DNA of 35,718 nt, taken from assembly GCA_046727715.1 (NCBI GenBank), contig JBKPDC010000280.1:1-35718 (forward strand). Reading direction: 5' to 3'. This document shows positions 7,422 to 16,576 of the stretch, piece by piece. This DNA comes from Thermodesulfobacteriota bacterium (GTDB lineage Bacteria > Desulfobacterota > Binatia > DP-6). The notes under the pieces are model-generated. The model was given only the letters and a program-made list of their open reading frames with translations, made no database searches and was not told the DNA's origin. Positions within the stretch are counted from its first letter, which is position 1. Each line of letters opens with the position of its first letter. A program made the translations under genes and the position numbers.

Positions 7422-8819
7422 ATGACCAACCCGTTCCGCTTCGCGCTCCTCACCTGTCTCAAGCTTGCCGACCTGGCGGTCGTGGCGGTGGCCTTCGCGC
7501 TGGCCCTGACGACCGAGCTGCAGCCGCAACCCTGGCGCTCCGTGCTCGCGCTGCGCATCGAGGTGCAAAACGTCCTCTTCCTGTTCGCCTTCCTCGGCTA
7601 CTGCCACCTGGCGATGCGAACCATCGGGCTGTATCGCTCGTACCGACTCACCGCGGTCTCCCGCGAGTGGGGCGATCTGGCGAAGGTGGTCCTCGCCACG
7701 ACGGTCCCGCTCATCGGGGCGAGTGTCCTCCTGGGGTTCGACTACGCCACGCCGTCGTTCGCGACGTCGTTCGCGTGCATGACCTTCGTGGGCCTCGTGG
7801 TCGAGCGCCGCGCCTTCCGGCTTCTCGCGCGCACGGTGCGGCGCCACGGCCACAACATCCGCAACGTCGTGATCGTGGGACACGACGACCGTGGCTTCGA
7901 CCTGGCGTCTCGACTGGCCAAGCGCGGCGACCTCGGCTACGCCATCGAGGCAGTCGTCGACGTGCAGGCGCATGACGAGGCGGCGGCGCTCGAGCAGGTG
8001 ATGCGGTTCCTCGAGACGCGTCCCATCGACGAGGTCTTCGTGAGCCTGCCGCTCGACGCGCACCAAGGGCTCATCCGCGACGTGGTCAGCCTGTGCGAGG
8101 AGCAGGGCGTCACGATCCGGGTGCTGTCGAGCCTGGTGGATCTGATCCTGGCCCGCGCGCAGCTCGACGAGATCGACGGCCGGCCGGTGATCACCATCTT
8201 CAGCGGTCCGCCCGATTCACTCCTGCTCGCCGCGAAACGGCTGATCGATGTGACCGTCTCCGCCGCCGCCCTGGTGCTCTCGGCGCCGGTGTGCCTGCTG
8301 CTCGCCGTCTTGATCAAGCTCGATTCGCCCGGCCCCGTGCTGTTCGCCCAGGAACGCGTCGGTCTCGGGGGGCGGCGCTTCCGGTTCTACAAGTTCCGCA
8401 CCATGGTCGCGGACGCGGAGCAGCGCCAGCTCGAGCTGGAAGGGCTGAACGAGGCGACGGGCCCCGTCTTCAAGATCCGCGAGGATCCGCGTGTCACGCG
8501 CGTGGGACGGGTGATCCGGAAGCTCAGTCTCGACGAGCTGCCGCAGTTCGTGAACGTCCTGCGCGGCGACATGAGCCTCGTCGGGCCCCGGCCGCTGCCG
8601 GTGCGCGACGTGCTGCGGATCGACCGGCGCGCCCACAAGCGCCGCTTCAGCGTCAAGCCCGGGATCACGTGCCTCTACCAGGTGGACGGGCGCACGTTCA
8701 GCTTCGAGGACTGGATCCGCACGGACATGGAATACATCGACAACTGGTCGCTGCGCCTGGATCTCGAGATCCTCGCCAAGACCATTCCCGCGGTGCTGAG
8801 TCGCCGCGGCGCATTCTGA
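7422..8819 (+). CDS. Priming polyprenyl-phosphate glycosylphosphotransferase (WcaJ/CpsE-type large sugar transferase)
   Basis: Four N-terminal TMs, CoA-binding-like middle region, KRLID, FYKFRTM, DPRVTRVG, LDELPQF, GDMSLVGPRP, KPGIT, DMEYIDNWS. Alternative start GTG at 7368. Confidence 0.93.
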   Translation: MTNPFRFALLTCLKLADLAVVAVAFALALTTELQPQPWRSVLALRIEVQNVLFLFAFLGYCHLAMRTIGLYRSYRLTAVSREWGDLAKVVLATTVPLIGASVLLGFDYATPSFATSFACMTFVGLVVERRAFRLLARTVRRHGHNIRNVVIVGHDDRGFDLASRLAKRGDLGYAIEAVVDVQAHDEAAALEQVMRFLETRPIDEVFVSLPLDAHQGLIRDVVSLCEEQGVTIRVLSSLVDLILARAQLDEIDGRPVITIFSGPPDSLLLAAKRLIDVTVSAAALVLSAPVCLLLAVLIKLDSPGPVLFAQERVGLGGRRFRFYKFRTMVADAEQRQLELEGLNEATGPVFKIREDPRVTRVGRVIRKLSLDELPQFVNVLRGDMSLVGPRPLPVRDVLRIDRRAHKRRFSVKPGITCLYQVDGRTFSFEDWIRTDMEYIDNWSLRLDLEILAKTIPAVLSRRGAF

Positions 8820-8848
8820 CACTGCGACGTGGTCCAGAAAGCCCCTAC

Positions 8849-9670
8849 ATGACCGCACAGCCAGCCATATACCTCCCCCTCCCGACCGCCCCGCGTCCCC
8901 GCAAGCTCGCTCCGGTGAGCGCGCCGCACCGGCCGCCGGTCAGCGTCATCGTTCCCTGCTACGACGAAGCCGAGGGCATCCCCTCGCTGCTCGGGCGGCT
9001 CGAAACGCTGGCGCCGCTCGGGTGGGAGTTCGTGTTCGTCGACGACGGCAGCCGGGACACCACGTTCGCCATGCTCCTCGACGCCACGCGCACGCGCCCC
9101 TGGATGCGCGTCGTCCGGCACGGCACGAACCTGGGGCTCGGCGCCGCGCTGCGCACCGGCTTCGACCACGCGCGCGCGCCCATCGTCTGCACGATGGACA
9201 GCGACTGCACCTATCTGCCCGAGCGCCTGCCGGAGCTCGTGCGGCTGATCGAGCAGGGCGCCGACATCGCGACTGCGTCGCCCTGGCACCCCGAGAGCTT
9301 GCCCGCGCAGGGCGGCCGGCTCCGCCTCGCGCTCAGCCGCGCGGTGTCCTCGCTCTACCAGCTCCTGATCGGTCGGGACGTGCACACCTTCACCTGTCTC
9401 CACCGCGCCTACCGCCGCGAGGTCGTCGAGGCGACGCGCTTCCGCGCGAGCGGGTTCGCGGCCGTCGCGGAGCTGCTCCTGCGCGGGATGCTGGGCGGGT
9501 GGCGCGTGCGCGAGCTGCCGATGCAGCTCGGCACCCGCCGGTTCGGGGAGTCGAAGCTCCATGTCGGCGATGCGATCCTGGCGCATCTCGGGCTGCTGTC
9601 GCTGACCGCGGCGATGGTCTGGGCGCGCTGGGCGCGCCAGCGCATCGGCGTCTCGCGGGTGGCATCGTGA
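8849..9670 (+). CDS. GT2 glycosyltransferase, polyprenyl-phosphate (DPM1/ArnC-like) type
   Basis: VSVIVPCYDE, FVDDGSRD, NLGLGAALRTG, TMDSDCTY, RAYRRE, RRFGESK. Confidence 0.88.
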   Translation: MTAQPAIYLPLPTAPRPRKLAPVSAPHRPPVSVIVPCYDEAEGIPSLLGRLETLAPLGWEFVFVDDGSRDTTFAMLLDATRTRPWMRVVRHGTNLGLGAALRTGFDHARAPIVCTMDSDCTYLPERLPELVRLIEQGADIATASPWHPESLPAQGGRLRLALSRAVSSLYQLLIGRDVHTFTCLHRAYRREVVEATRFRASGFAAVAELLLRGMLGGWRVRELPMQLGTRRFGESKLHVGDAILAHLGLLSLTAAMVWARWARQRIGVSRVAS

Positions 9671-10698
9671 GGAACGGCGCGGAGCTCCGGGTCGGTGTCG
9701 TCGGGCTCGGTCGAGCCGGCCGGATTCATCTCGACGCGTGGCGGGCCGTCCCGGGCGTGCGCGTCGTGGCCGTGTGCGATCCGGCGCCGGCGGTCGTGGC
9801 CGCGGCCCGGGCTGAGGGGCTGCACGCCGTCGCCGACGCCAGCGAGCTGTTCGCTACCGTCCCGCTCGATGCCGTCAGCATCGCCGCCCCGCCGGCGCAG
9901 CACGCGCCACTCGCCATCGCGGCGCTCGAGAGCGGGCTCGAGGTGCTGTGCGAGAAACCGCTGGCGATCCAGGGACCATCGGCGATGCGGATGATGCAGG
10001 CGGCGGCGCGCACCGGACGCCAGCTGCTCCTCGCCACGAAGTTCCGCCACGTGCCCGATCTGGTGGCCGCCCGGGGTCTGATCGCGGCTGGCGCGATCGG
10101 GGAGCCGCTCGCCTTCGAGATCGACTTCTCGAGCCGGGTCGACATGACCGGGCGCTGGAACGCGCGCCGCAGTGTCGCCGGTGGCGGCGTCGTCATCGAC
10201 AACGGCTGCCACGCCTTCGACATCGTGGCCTTCCTGTTCGGGACCGTCACGCGGGTGCAGGCCACGCGCCTGAAGCCCGCGCAGGCGCTGCCCGTCGAGG
10301 ATTCGGCGACCGTGATGGTCGAGGTCACACGCGGGCTGATCGGACGCATCGACTTGAGCTGGAGCCTCGCGACGCAGCGCGAGACCTACGTCATGGTCCA
10401 TGGGACCGCGGGGAGCATCGACATCGGCTGGCGCGGGTCGCGGCTCCGACGGCACGGCCGCGCGCCGCGTCCGCTCGACGCCGGGGTCTACGACAAGCAT
10501 GCGTGCTACGTCGTCATGATGCGGGCGTTCGTCGGTGTGCTGTCGGGCACGCGGAGCCCGTGGATCACGCCCGGCGAATGCCTGCGCACCGTCGCGGCGG
10601 TCGAGGCGTCGTACCATTCGCTGCGCTCCGGGGGCTGGGTGCCCGTCGACACCATGGGGGTGTGCGAGACCCAGGCGCCCGTGAGGGCCCTCGCGTGA
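9667..10698 (+). CDS. Gfo/Idh/MocA NAD(P)-dependent oxidoreductase
   Basis: GTG overlaps the upstream stop. VGVVGLGRAG, LCEKPLA, GGGVVIDNGCH, VEDSA. Confidence 0.9.
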   Translation: MRNGAELRVGVVGLGRAGRIHLDAWRAVPGVRVVAVCDPAPAVVAAARAEGLHAVADASELFATVPLDAVSIAAPPAQHAPLAIAALESGLEVLCEKPLAIQGPSAMRMMQAAARTGRQLLLATKFRHVPDLVAARGLIAAGAIGEPLAFEIDFSSRVDMTGRWNARRSVAGGGVVIDNGCHAFDIVAFLFGTVTRVQATRLKPAQALPVEDSATVMVEVTRGLIGRIDLSWSLATQRETYVMVHGTAGSIDIGWRGSRLRRHGRAPRPLDAGVYDKHACYVVMMRAFVGVLSGTRSPWITPGECLRTVAAVEASYHSLRSGGWVPVDTMGVCETQAPVRALA

Positions 10699-11330
10699 GC
10701 GCTCCCCACAACGCCGACGCACCCCGCATCCACCCCACGGCGCTGATCGAGGCTGCCGTGCGGATCGGAGCGCGGACCGCGGTCTGGGACAACGTGCACT
10801 TGCGCGGCCCGTCCGTCATCGGTCACGACTGCATCATCGGCGAGAAGACGTACGTCGCCTACGGCGTCGAGATCGGGAACTTCGTGAAGATCAACGCGAT
10901 GGTCTACATTCCCACCGGCATCACGATTGCCGACCGCGTCATGGTCTCGGCGGGCGTGATCTTCACGAACGACCGCTATCCACGCGCGTTCGTGGAGGGA
11001 GTGGAAGGGCTCGCGAGCTCGGCGCCCACCGAGGACACGCTCCGCGGGCGCGTGGAAGAAGGCGCCACCCTCGGTGCGGGGGCGCGCATCGGTCCCGGGC
11101 TCACCATCGGGGCGTACGCCATGGTCGGCATGGGGGCCGTGGTGACGAGCGACGTGCCCGCCCACGCGCTGGTCGCGGGGAATCCGGCGCGTCTCCGGGG
11201 CTGGGTGTGTGTCTGCGGGCGGCCGCTCGCCAGCGACGACGCCGACGACCGCTTGACCTGCGCAGGTTGCGGCCGTCGCTTCGGCTGGTCGGAGGGTTCG
11301 CAGGGCGGGATGGTGCGGTCGCATGATTGA
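10695..11330 (+). CDS. Hexapeptide-repeat N-acetyltransferase (WbpD/WlbB-like) with C-terminal Cys cluster
   Basis: IHPTALIE, IGHDCIIG, VIFTNDRYPR, GATLGAGA, GMGAVVTSDVP...GNPAR, GWVCVCG...CAGCG. Confidence 0.88.
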   Translation: MSAPHNADAPRIHPTALIEAAVRIGARTAVWDNVHLRGPSVIGHDCIIGEKTYVAYGVEIGNFVKINAMVYIPTGITIADRVMVSAGVIFTNDRYPRAFVEGVEGLASSAPTEDTLRGRVEEGATLGAGARIGPGLTIGAYAMVGMGAVVTSDVPAHALVAGNPARLRGWVCVCGRPLASDDADDRLTCAGCGRRFGWSEGSQGGMVRSHD

Positions 11331-13035
11331 TCTGCTCGTCGCCGGCGACCGTCGCGGGTTCGGCATCGCCACCGCGCTCGCCATCGAGGGGATCCCGGCC
11401 CGTCGCATCGCGCACGCGGCCGAGTTCAATGGGCGGGTGCTGGTTACCTCGGCGGATCAGCTCGAGGATGCCGCGGCCGCGCTGGCGCGGCAGGTACCGA
11501 CGGTGGTGATCGGCGACGCCCAGGGCCGTCGCGCCGTGACGGACGAGCCCCTCGCGCTCGCGCTCGACGGCGCGATCTGGCCGGAGTCGGTCCGGGAGCT
11601 CGCGCGCACCTACGCGGGCGGCGCCCTCCTCCTGCCCCGCGCCACGCGGTACCGCGCATCCGATCTCGACGGCTCCGTGCTGGCGACGCTGCAGGACGCA
11701 CGCGGCCGGCGCACCCCGGCGGTGGTCCAGCGCGGCCAGCAGGTGTGGTGTCTGCTCGATGTCGGCGCCGCGCTCACCGACCTGCTCACCGAATCGTACC
11801 TGCCGGAGCCGGCCACGCGCGCGCTGCGGCCGGGCGTGAGCCGGCCGGCGCTGGCGCTCTACTACCGCGCGCCGGATGCCGTCCGGCGGGTGGTACAGCG
11901 CCGGAGCTACGCCCGCCTCGATCGCCACCTGCGCGGGCTCGGCGCGCGTGCGAGCACCTACCCGGTGGACGCGAGCGGCTGGCTGCTCGTGGAGCTGCTG
12001 AAGGCGCTCGTCCGGCGCGCCGGCGGCGACCTGGTCCGGCTGGCACGTTGGCCTGCCCCCTACGCCTCCGCCGCCACGCTCACCCACGACATCGAGCCCT
12101 GCATCTATGCCTACACGGCCGGCCTCGAGCTGCTGCTGTCGCGCGTGGCGCACAGCGGGCACCCGGCCACCTTCGGCCTGGTTGCCGGCCCGGCGAGCCG
12201 CTCGTTGTTCGTGCGGTCCGAAACCGAGCTGCGGCGTGCCGAGGTCCTGTGCCACGGCCTCGAACACCGCGGGGAAACGCTCGAGGGCTCGCGCGTGGAG
12301 ATCGCGGCCGGCATCGAGCGCGCCCGCGCCATTCTCGAGCGGCGGCTCGAGCGCCCGATCACGGGTTTCCGCAGCCCGCGGCTCGACCGCTCGCCCGATC
12401 TCGTGTGGGCCCTCGATCGGCTCGGCTTCGAGTACGACTCCTCCTACCCGGACGTCGATCGCGAGAGCCTCGATCACTTCGGTGGCGGCGTGCGGCTCAA
12501 CGTGCCGTACCGGCCACCCGTTTCGACTGACGACGGCCAGCTCCGCCCGAGCCGCTGCCTCGAGCTGCCGGTGAGCGCGCCAGATTGCATCCAGCCCCTG
12601 TTCCAGGGCGATGACATCCGCCAGCTGCGGCGCGCAGTGCGGAGCAAGATCTCCTTCGTGCACGCCACCGGAGGTCTCTACGTGGGGATCGTCCATGGCG
12701 GGGTCTTCGGCGTCCGGGACGCGGCCCGTCGCGGTGCGCATCTCGCCTTCGTGCGCCGGCAGCTCGACCGGCCGGACGTCTGGCTGGCGACCGCCGGCGA
12801 CGTCGCCCGCTGGTGGGCGGCACGCGAGCAGCTCACGCTCCGGGTGGTCGCCGATCGCATCGTCGTGACCAACGAGGGGCGGCGTGCCGTGGCTGGAGCG
12901 CGCATCGTCGTGGAGCGCGAGTCCGGCACGGCGACGCTGCCAGTTCCCCTGCTCGATCCGGGGCAGTGCATCACCCTCGGCCAGAGCGAACGCGGCCTGC
13001 CGGAGGCCGAGGTCCACGTGCAGGAGGCCTCGTGA
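11323..13035 (+). CDS. Polysaccharide deacetylase-like protein (NodB/CE4 fold) with long N-terminal domain
   Basis: RWPAPY...LTHDIE, CHGLEH, GFRSP, FEYDSS, LELPV, VHGG, DVWLAT..DVARWW. Confidence 0.75.
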   Translation: MIDLLVAGDRRGFGIATALAIEGIPARRIAHAAEFNGRVLVTSADQLEDAAAALARQVPTVVIGDAQGRRAVTDEPLALALDGAIWPESVRELARTYAGGALLLPRATRYRASDLDGSVLATLQDARGRRTPAVVQRGQQVWCLLDVGAALTDLLTESYLPEPATRALRPGVSRPALALYYRAPDAVRRVVQRRSYARLDRHLRGLGARASTYPVDASGWLLVELLKALVRRAGGDLVRLARWPAPYASAATLTHDIEPCIYAYTAGLELLLSRVAHSGHPATFGLVAGPASRSLFVRSETELRRAEVLCHGLEHRGETLEGSRVEIAAGIERARAILERRLERPITGFRSPRLDRSPDLVWALDRLGFEYDSSYPDVDRESLDHFGGGVRLNVPYRPPVSTDDGQLRPSRCLELPVSAPDCIQPLFQGDDIRQLRRAVRSKISFVHATGGLYVGIVHGGVFGVRDAARRGAHLAFVRRQLDRPDVWLATAGDVARWWAAREQLTLRVVADRIVVTNEGRRAVAGARIVVERESGTATLPVPLLDPGQCITLGQSERGLPEAEVHVQEAS

Positions 13036-14408
13036 GGGCGGGCAGCGCGCGATCGGAAGAGCGGCCCTCGCTGCGGCTCGTGGGCGGCGGCCGGCGTCCG
13101 CTCCGCGTCGCCGTGATCGGCGGCGGCATCGCCGGCCTGGCCTCGGCATACTACCTCGCCAAGGCCGGGCACCGGCCGGTGGTGTTCGAATCGTCGGGTC
13201 AGCTCGGCGGGCTCGGCACCCACTTCGAGCACAATGGGGTGACCCTCGACCGCTACTACCACGTCATCCTCGACAGCGACGCGGAGCTGATCGGCCTGAT
13301 CAGCGAGCTCGGGCTCGCGGATCAGCTGCGGTGGAGCGAGACGGGGATGGGCTTCCTCGTCGACGGGAAGCTCTACGGCTTCAACACGCCGCTCGACCTG
13401 CTCCGCTTCCGCGCGCTGACGCTGCCCGACCGGATCCGCACCGGCCTGGGCGCCCTCTACATCACGAAGCTCAAGCGCGACGGCCTCGACCTCGACGACG
13501 TGCGCGCGGTCGACTGGCTGCGCGGCCTCTTCGGCCAGCGCGTCTTCGAGCGCATCTGGGATCCGCTGCTGCGCGCCAAGTTCGGCGACCGCCGTGACGG
13601 CGTCCCGGCGTACTGGGTGTGGAGCACTCTGAACCGCGAGAAGGACGGCGGCCAGGAGGTGAAGGGCTACCTCCGGTGCGGCTACCGGGGGCTCGCGGCC
13701 GCCATCGCCGACACGTTGCTGGTGCGCGGCGCCGATCTGCGCCTGCAGAGTCCTATCCGGGCCATCGAGGAGGTGCCGGGCGGCGTCTCCGTCGTGACGG
13801 CGCGGGGCACCGAGCGCTTCGACGCCGCGGTGGCCACGCTCCCGCTGCCCGTGCTGTCGCGTATCGCCCAGGGCGCGCTCGCAGAGGCCGTGCCGCTGTC
13901 CGAGCTCTCCTATCAGGGCGTGGTCAACGCGCTCGTCGTCTCGCGGGCGCGGCTCGAGCGCTTCTACTGGACGGCCGTCGTCGATCCGCGCTTCGCGTTC
14001 CAGGGTGTGGTCGAGACCACGCACGTCATCCCGCCGGAGTGGATCGGGGGGCGCCACCTCACCTACGTGATGAACTACTGCGACGCCGGCAGTGAGCTCT
14101 ACCAGCGCTCCGACGACGTGGTCGCCGGCCAGGCCGTCGACGGGCTCGCCGCGCTTTACCCGCGCTTCCAGCGCCGGGACGTGGAGGCGGTGTACGTCTT
14201 CCGCGCCCCGTACGTCGAGCCTGCCTGGACGGTCGGTTACCTCAAGCGTCGCGCTGCGCCCCGGGTCGGTCGGAGCCGGCTCTATCTCTGCACGACCGCT
14301 CAGGCCTATCCCCGCGTGACGGCGTGGAATACGAGCGTGGGGTTGGCGGCCGAGACCGTCACCGTGCTGCTGGACGACCTCTCCCGGTCGTCGGCGGCGG
14401 CCGGCTGA
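13032..14408 (+). CDS. FAD-dependent oxidoreductase (amine oxidase/protoporphyrinogen oxidase-like superfamily)
   Basis: VAVIGGGIAGL dinucleotide-binding motif, GQLGGL, LDRYYHVIL, PLLRAKFG, GYLRCG. GTG overlaps the upstream stop. Confidence 0.85.
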   Translation: MRAGSARSEERPSLRLVGGGRRPLRVAVIGGGIAGLASAYYLAKAGHRPVVFESSGQLGGLGTHFEHNGVTLDRYYHVILDSDAELIGLISELGLADQLRWSETGMGFLVDGKLYGFNTPLDLLRFRALTLPDRIRTGLGALYITKLKRDGLDLDDVRAVDWLRGLFGQRVFERIWDPLLRAKFGDRRDGVPAYWVWSTLNREKDGGQEVKGYLRCGYRGLAAAIADTLLVRGADLRLQSPIRAIEEVPGGVSVVTARGTERFDAAVATLPLPVLSRIAQGALAEAVPLSELSYQGVVNALVVSRARLERFYWTAVVDPRFAFQGVVETTHVIPPEWIGGRHLTYVMNYCDAGSELYQRSDDVVAGQAVDGLAALYPRFQRRDVEAVYVFRAPYVEPAWTVGYLKRRAAPRVGRSRLYLCTTAQAYPRVTAWNTSVGLAAETVTVLLDDLSRSSAAAG

Positions 14409-14450
14409 CCCGCCCGCCCGTCTGGCCCCGTCGTCTCCCAGGAGTCTCCC

Positions 14451-15686
14451 ATGGCTGACCCGATTGCTCTGCCTTCCGACGCCGATCACACCGGCCGCGG
14501 CTTCGGCTTCGACGAGATCTCGCTGCTCCGCGAGGTGATCGCATCGGGTACGCTCAATTGCACCAAGGGCGCGCAGGTGAACGCGTTCGAGCACGAGTTC
14601 GCCGAGCGCTACGGCGTGGCACACACCCGCGCCGTCTCATCGGGTACGGCCGCCTGCCATACCGCAATCGCCGCGATCGACCCCGAGCCGGGCGACGAGA
14701 TCATCACCACGTCGATCACCGACATGGGCGCGATCTCACCCATCCTCTACCAGATGGCCATTCCCGTGTTTGCGGACGTCGACCCGGTGAGCCTGAACGT
14801 GACGCCGCAGACGGTGGCGGCGCGCATCACGTCGCGCACGCGCGCCATCATCGCGACGCACCTCTTCGGCAACCCCTGCGACACGATCGGGATCAAGGCA
14901 GTGGCCGACGCCCGAGGCATCCCCCTGATCGAGGACTGCGCCCAAGCGTACCTGGCGACGCAGGACGGGCGACTGGTCGGCACCATCGGTGCGATCGGCG
15001 CCTTCAGCCTCCAGCAGGGCAAGCACATGACGACGGGGGAGGGCGGCATCACGATCACCTCCGACCCCGCGCACGCGCGTCGGATGAGGCTCTTCAGCGA
15101 CAAGGCGTGGGGCTACGGCGATCCCGAGCCGGACCACTACTTCCTGGCGCTGAACTACCGGATGACGGACCTCCAGGGTGCGGTGGCACGCGCGCAGCTC
15201 ACGAAGCTCGACGGCGTGGTGATCCGGCGGCGGATGGCGGCGACCCGTCTGACGGAGCTGCTGGCCGACCTGCCCGGACTCACGCTGCCCCATCCCATTC
15301 CCAGTGCGACGCACGTGTACTGGAAGTACCCGCTCGTCGTCGACCCGGCGGTGATCGAGGGAGGTGCCGACGCGCTCGGCGGCGCGCTCAAGGCGCAGGG
15401 TGTCTTCTGCGCGCCACGCTACATCCAGAAGCCGGCCTTCCTGTGCCAGGTGTTCACGGAGCGCAGGACGTTCGGCAAGAGTCAGTACCCGTGGGCCGCG
15501 CGCGTGCGCGAAGGTGGCACGGACGTGACCTACGACCCCGCCGACTACCCCAACACGATGCGCGGGCTCGAGCGGGTCGTCGTGCTCCCCTGGAACGAAT
15601 TCTACACCACCGAGCACGTCGACTTCATCGCGGGCGCGGTGCGCGCGGCCGTGCGCAGCCTGACCCGCCGCCGAGCGGTCGCGTGA
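14451..15686 (+). CDS. DegT/DnrJ/EryC1/StrS PLP-dependent sugar aminotransferase
   Basis: AGGAG RBS. SSGTAA, GDEIIT, PVFADVD, THLFG, IEDCAQA, FSLQQGKHMTTGEGG (PLP lysine), NYRMT. Confidence 0.93.
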   Translation: MADPIALPSDADHTGRGFGFDEISLLREVIASGTLNCTKGAQVNAFEHEFAERYGVAHTRAVSSGTAACHTAIAAIDPEPGDEIITTSITDMGAISPILYQMAIPVFADVDPVSLNVTPQTVAARITSRTRAIIATHLFGNPCDTIGIKAVADARGIPLIEDCAQAYLATQDGRLVGTIGAIGAFSLQQGKHMTTGEGGITITSDPAHARRMRLFSDKAWGYGDPEPDHYFLALNYRMTDLQGAVARAQLTKLDGVVIRRRMAATRLTELLADLPGLTLPHPIPSATHVYWKYPLVVDPAVIEGGADALGGALKAQGVFCAPRYIQKPAFLCQVFTERRTFGKSQYPWAARVREGGTDVTYDPADYPNTMRGLERVVVLPWNEFYTTEHVDFIAGAVRAAVRSLTRRRAVA

Positions 15687-16576
15687 GCTACGCCGTCTTC
15701 TCCTGCGACCTCGACACGGTCGACCGGCATCTCGAGGGGTACGGGTTCGAGGACCTTCGCCCCTGCGAGCTGATCTACCGGACCGCGGTGCCGCGCCTGC
15801 TCGAGTTGCTCGACGAGCTCCGGGTGCCGGGAGTGCTGTTCGTGATCGGGCGCGACGCGCAGGCGCAACGTGACCTGCTGCGGCAGGCGACCGCGGCAGG
15901 GCACGAAGTTGCGAGCCACTCGCTCACCCACCCGCAACCCTTCAGCACGCTCGACGATGGCGCACTGCACGAGCAGCTGGTGACGTCGCGCGAGCGCCTG
16001 TCCGAGGCGGCGGGGCGCGAGGTGATCGGATTCCGGGCTCCCGCCTGGGACGTGGACGCCCGCGTGCTGCACCTGGTAGGCGCGGCGGGCTACCGCTACG
16101 ACGCCTCCGTCTTCCCCTCGCCCGTGCTGGCCGCGAGCCGGCTGGCCGCCTACCGGCGCAGCACGGGCAAGCAATCAATCTTCACCATGGACCTCGTGGG
16201 GCATGCGTTCGCGCCGGTGTGGCCGCACGTGCTCGGCAACGGCGCGGGCGAGGTGGTCGAGTTCCCGATCGCGGTCACACCGCGGTTCCGGCTGCCCGTG
16301 TACCACACACTCGCGTACTTCCTCCCCGAGTGGCTGTTCCGCCGCAACCTGCTGGCGCTGCTCCGCGGGAATCTACCCGTGTGCTACGAGTTTCACGCCG
16401 CCGATCTGCTCGACCTCGTGGCGGACGGCGTGGACCCGCGCATGGCGCGGCACCCCGGGATGCGCGAAGCGCTCGCGCCGAAGCGTGCCCGGCTGCGCGA
16501 CACGCTGCGCACCATCGCCGCCGCGCGGCGCGTGACGACCTATCGAGCGGTCGTGGAGGAGGGCACGTGGCATTGA
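15683..16576 (+). CDS. Polysaccharide deacetylase (NodB/CE4)
   Basis: FSCDLD, LFVIG, GHEVASHSLTH, GFRAPAW, YRYDASVFP, EFP, YEFH. Confidence 0.88.
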   Translation: MSYAVFSCDLDTVDRHLEGYGFEDLRPCELIYRTAVPRLLELLDELRVPGVLFVIGRDAQAQRDLLRQATAAGHEVASHSLTHPQPFSTLDDGALHEQLVTSRERLSEAAGREVIGFRAPAWDVDARVLHLVGAAGYRYDASVFPSPVLAASRLAAYRRSTGKQSIFTMDLVGHAFAPVWPHVLGNGAGEVVEFPIAVTPRFRLPVYHTLAYFLPEWLFRRNLLALLRGNLPVCYEFHAADLLDLVADGVDPRMARHPGMREALAPKRARLRDTLRTIAAARRVTTYRAVVEEGTWH

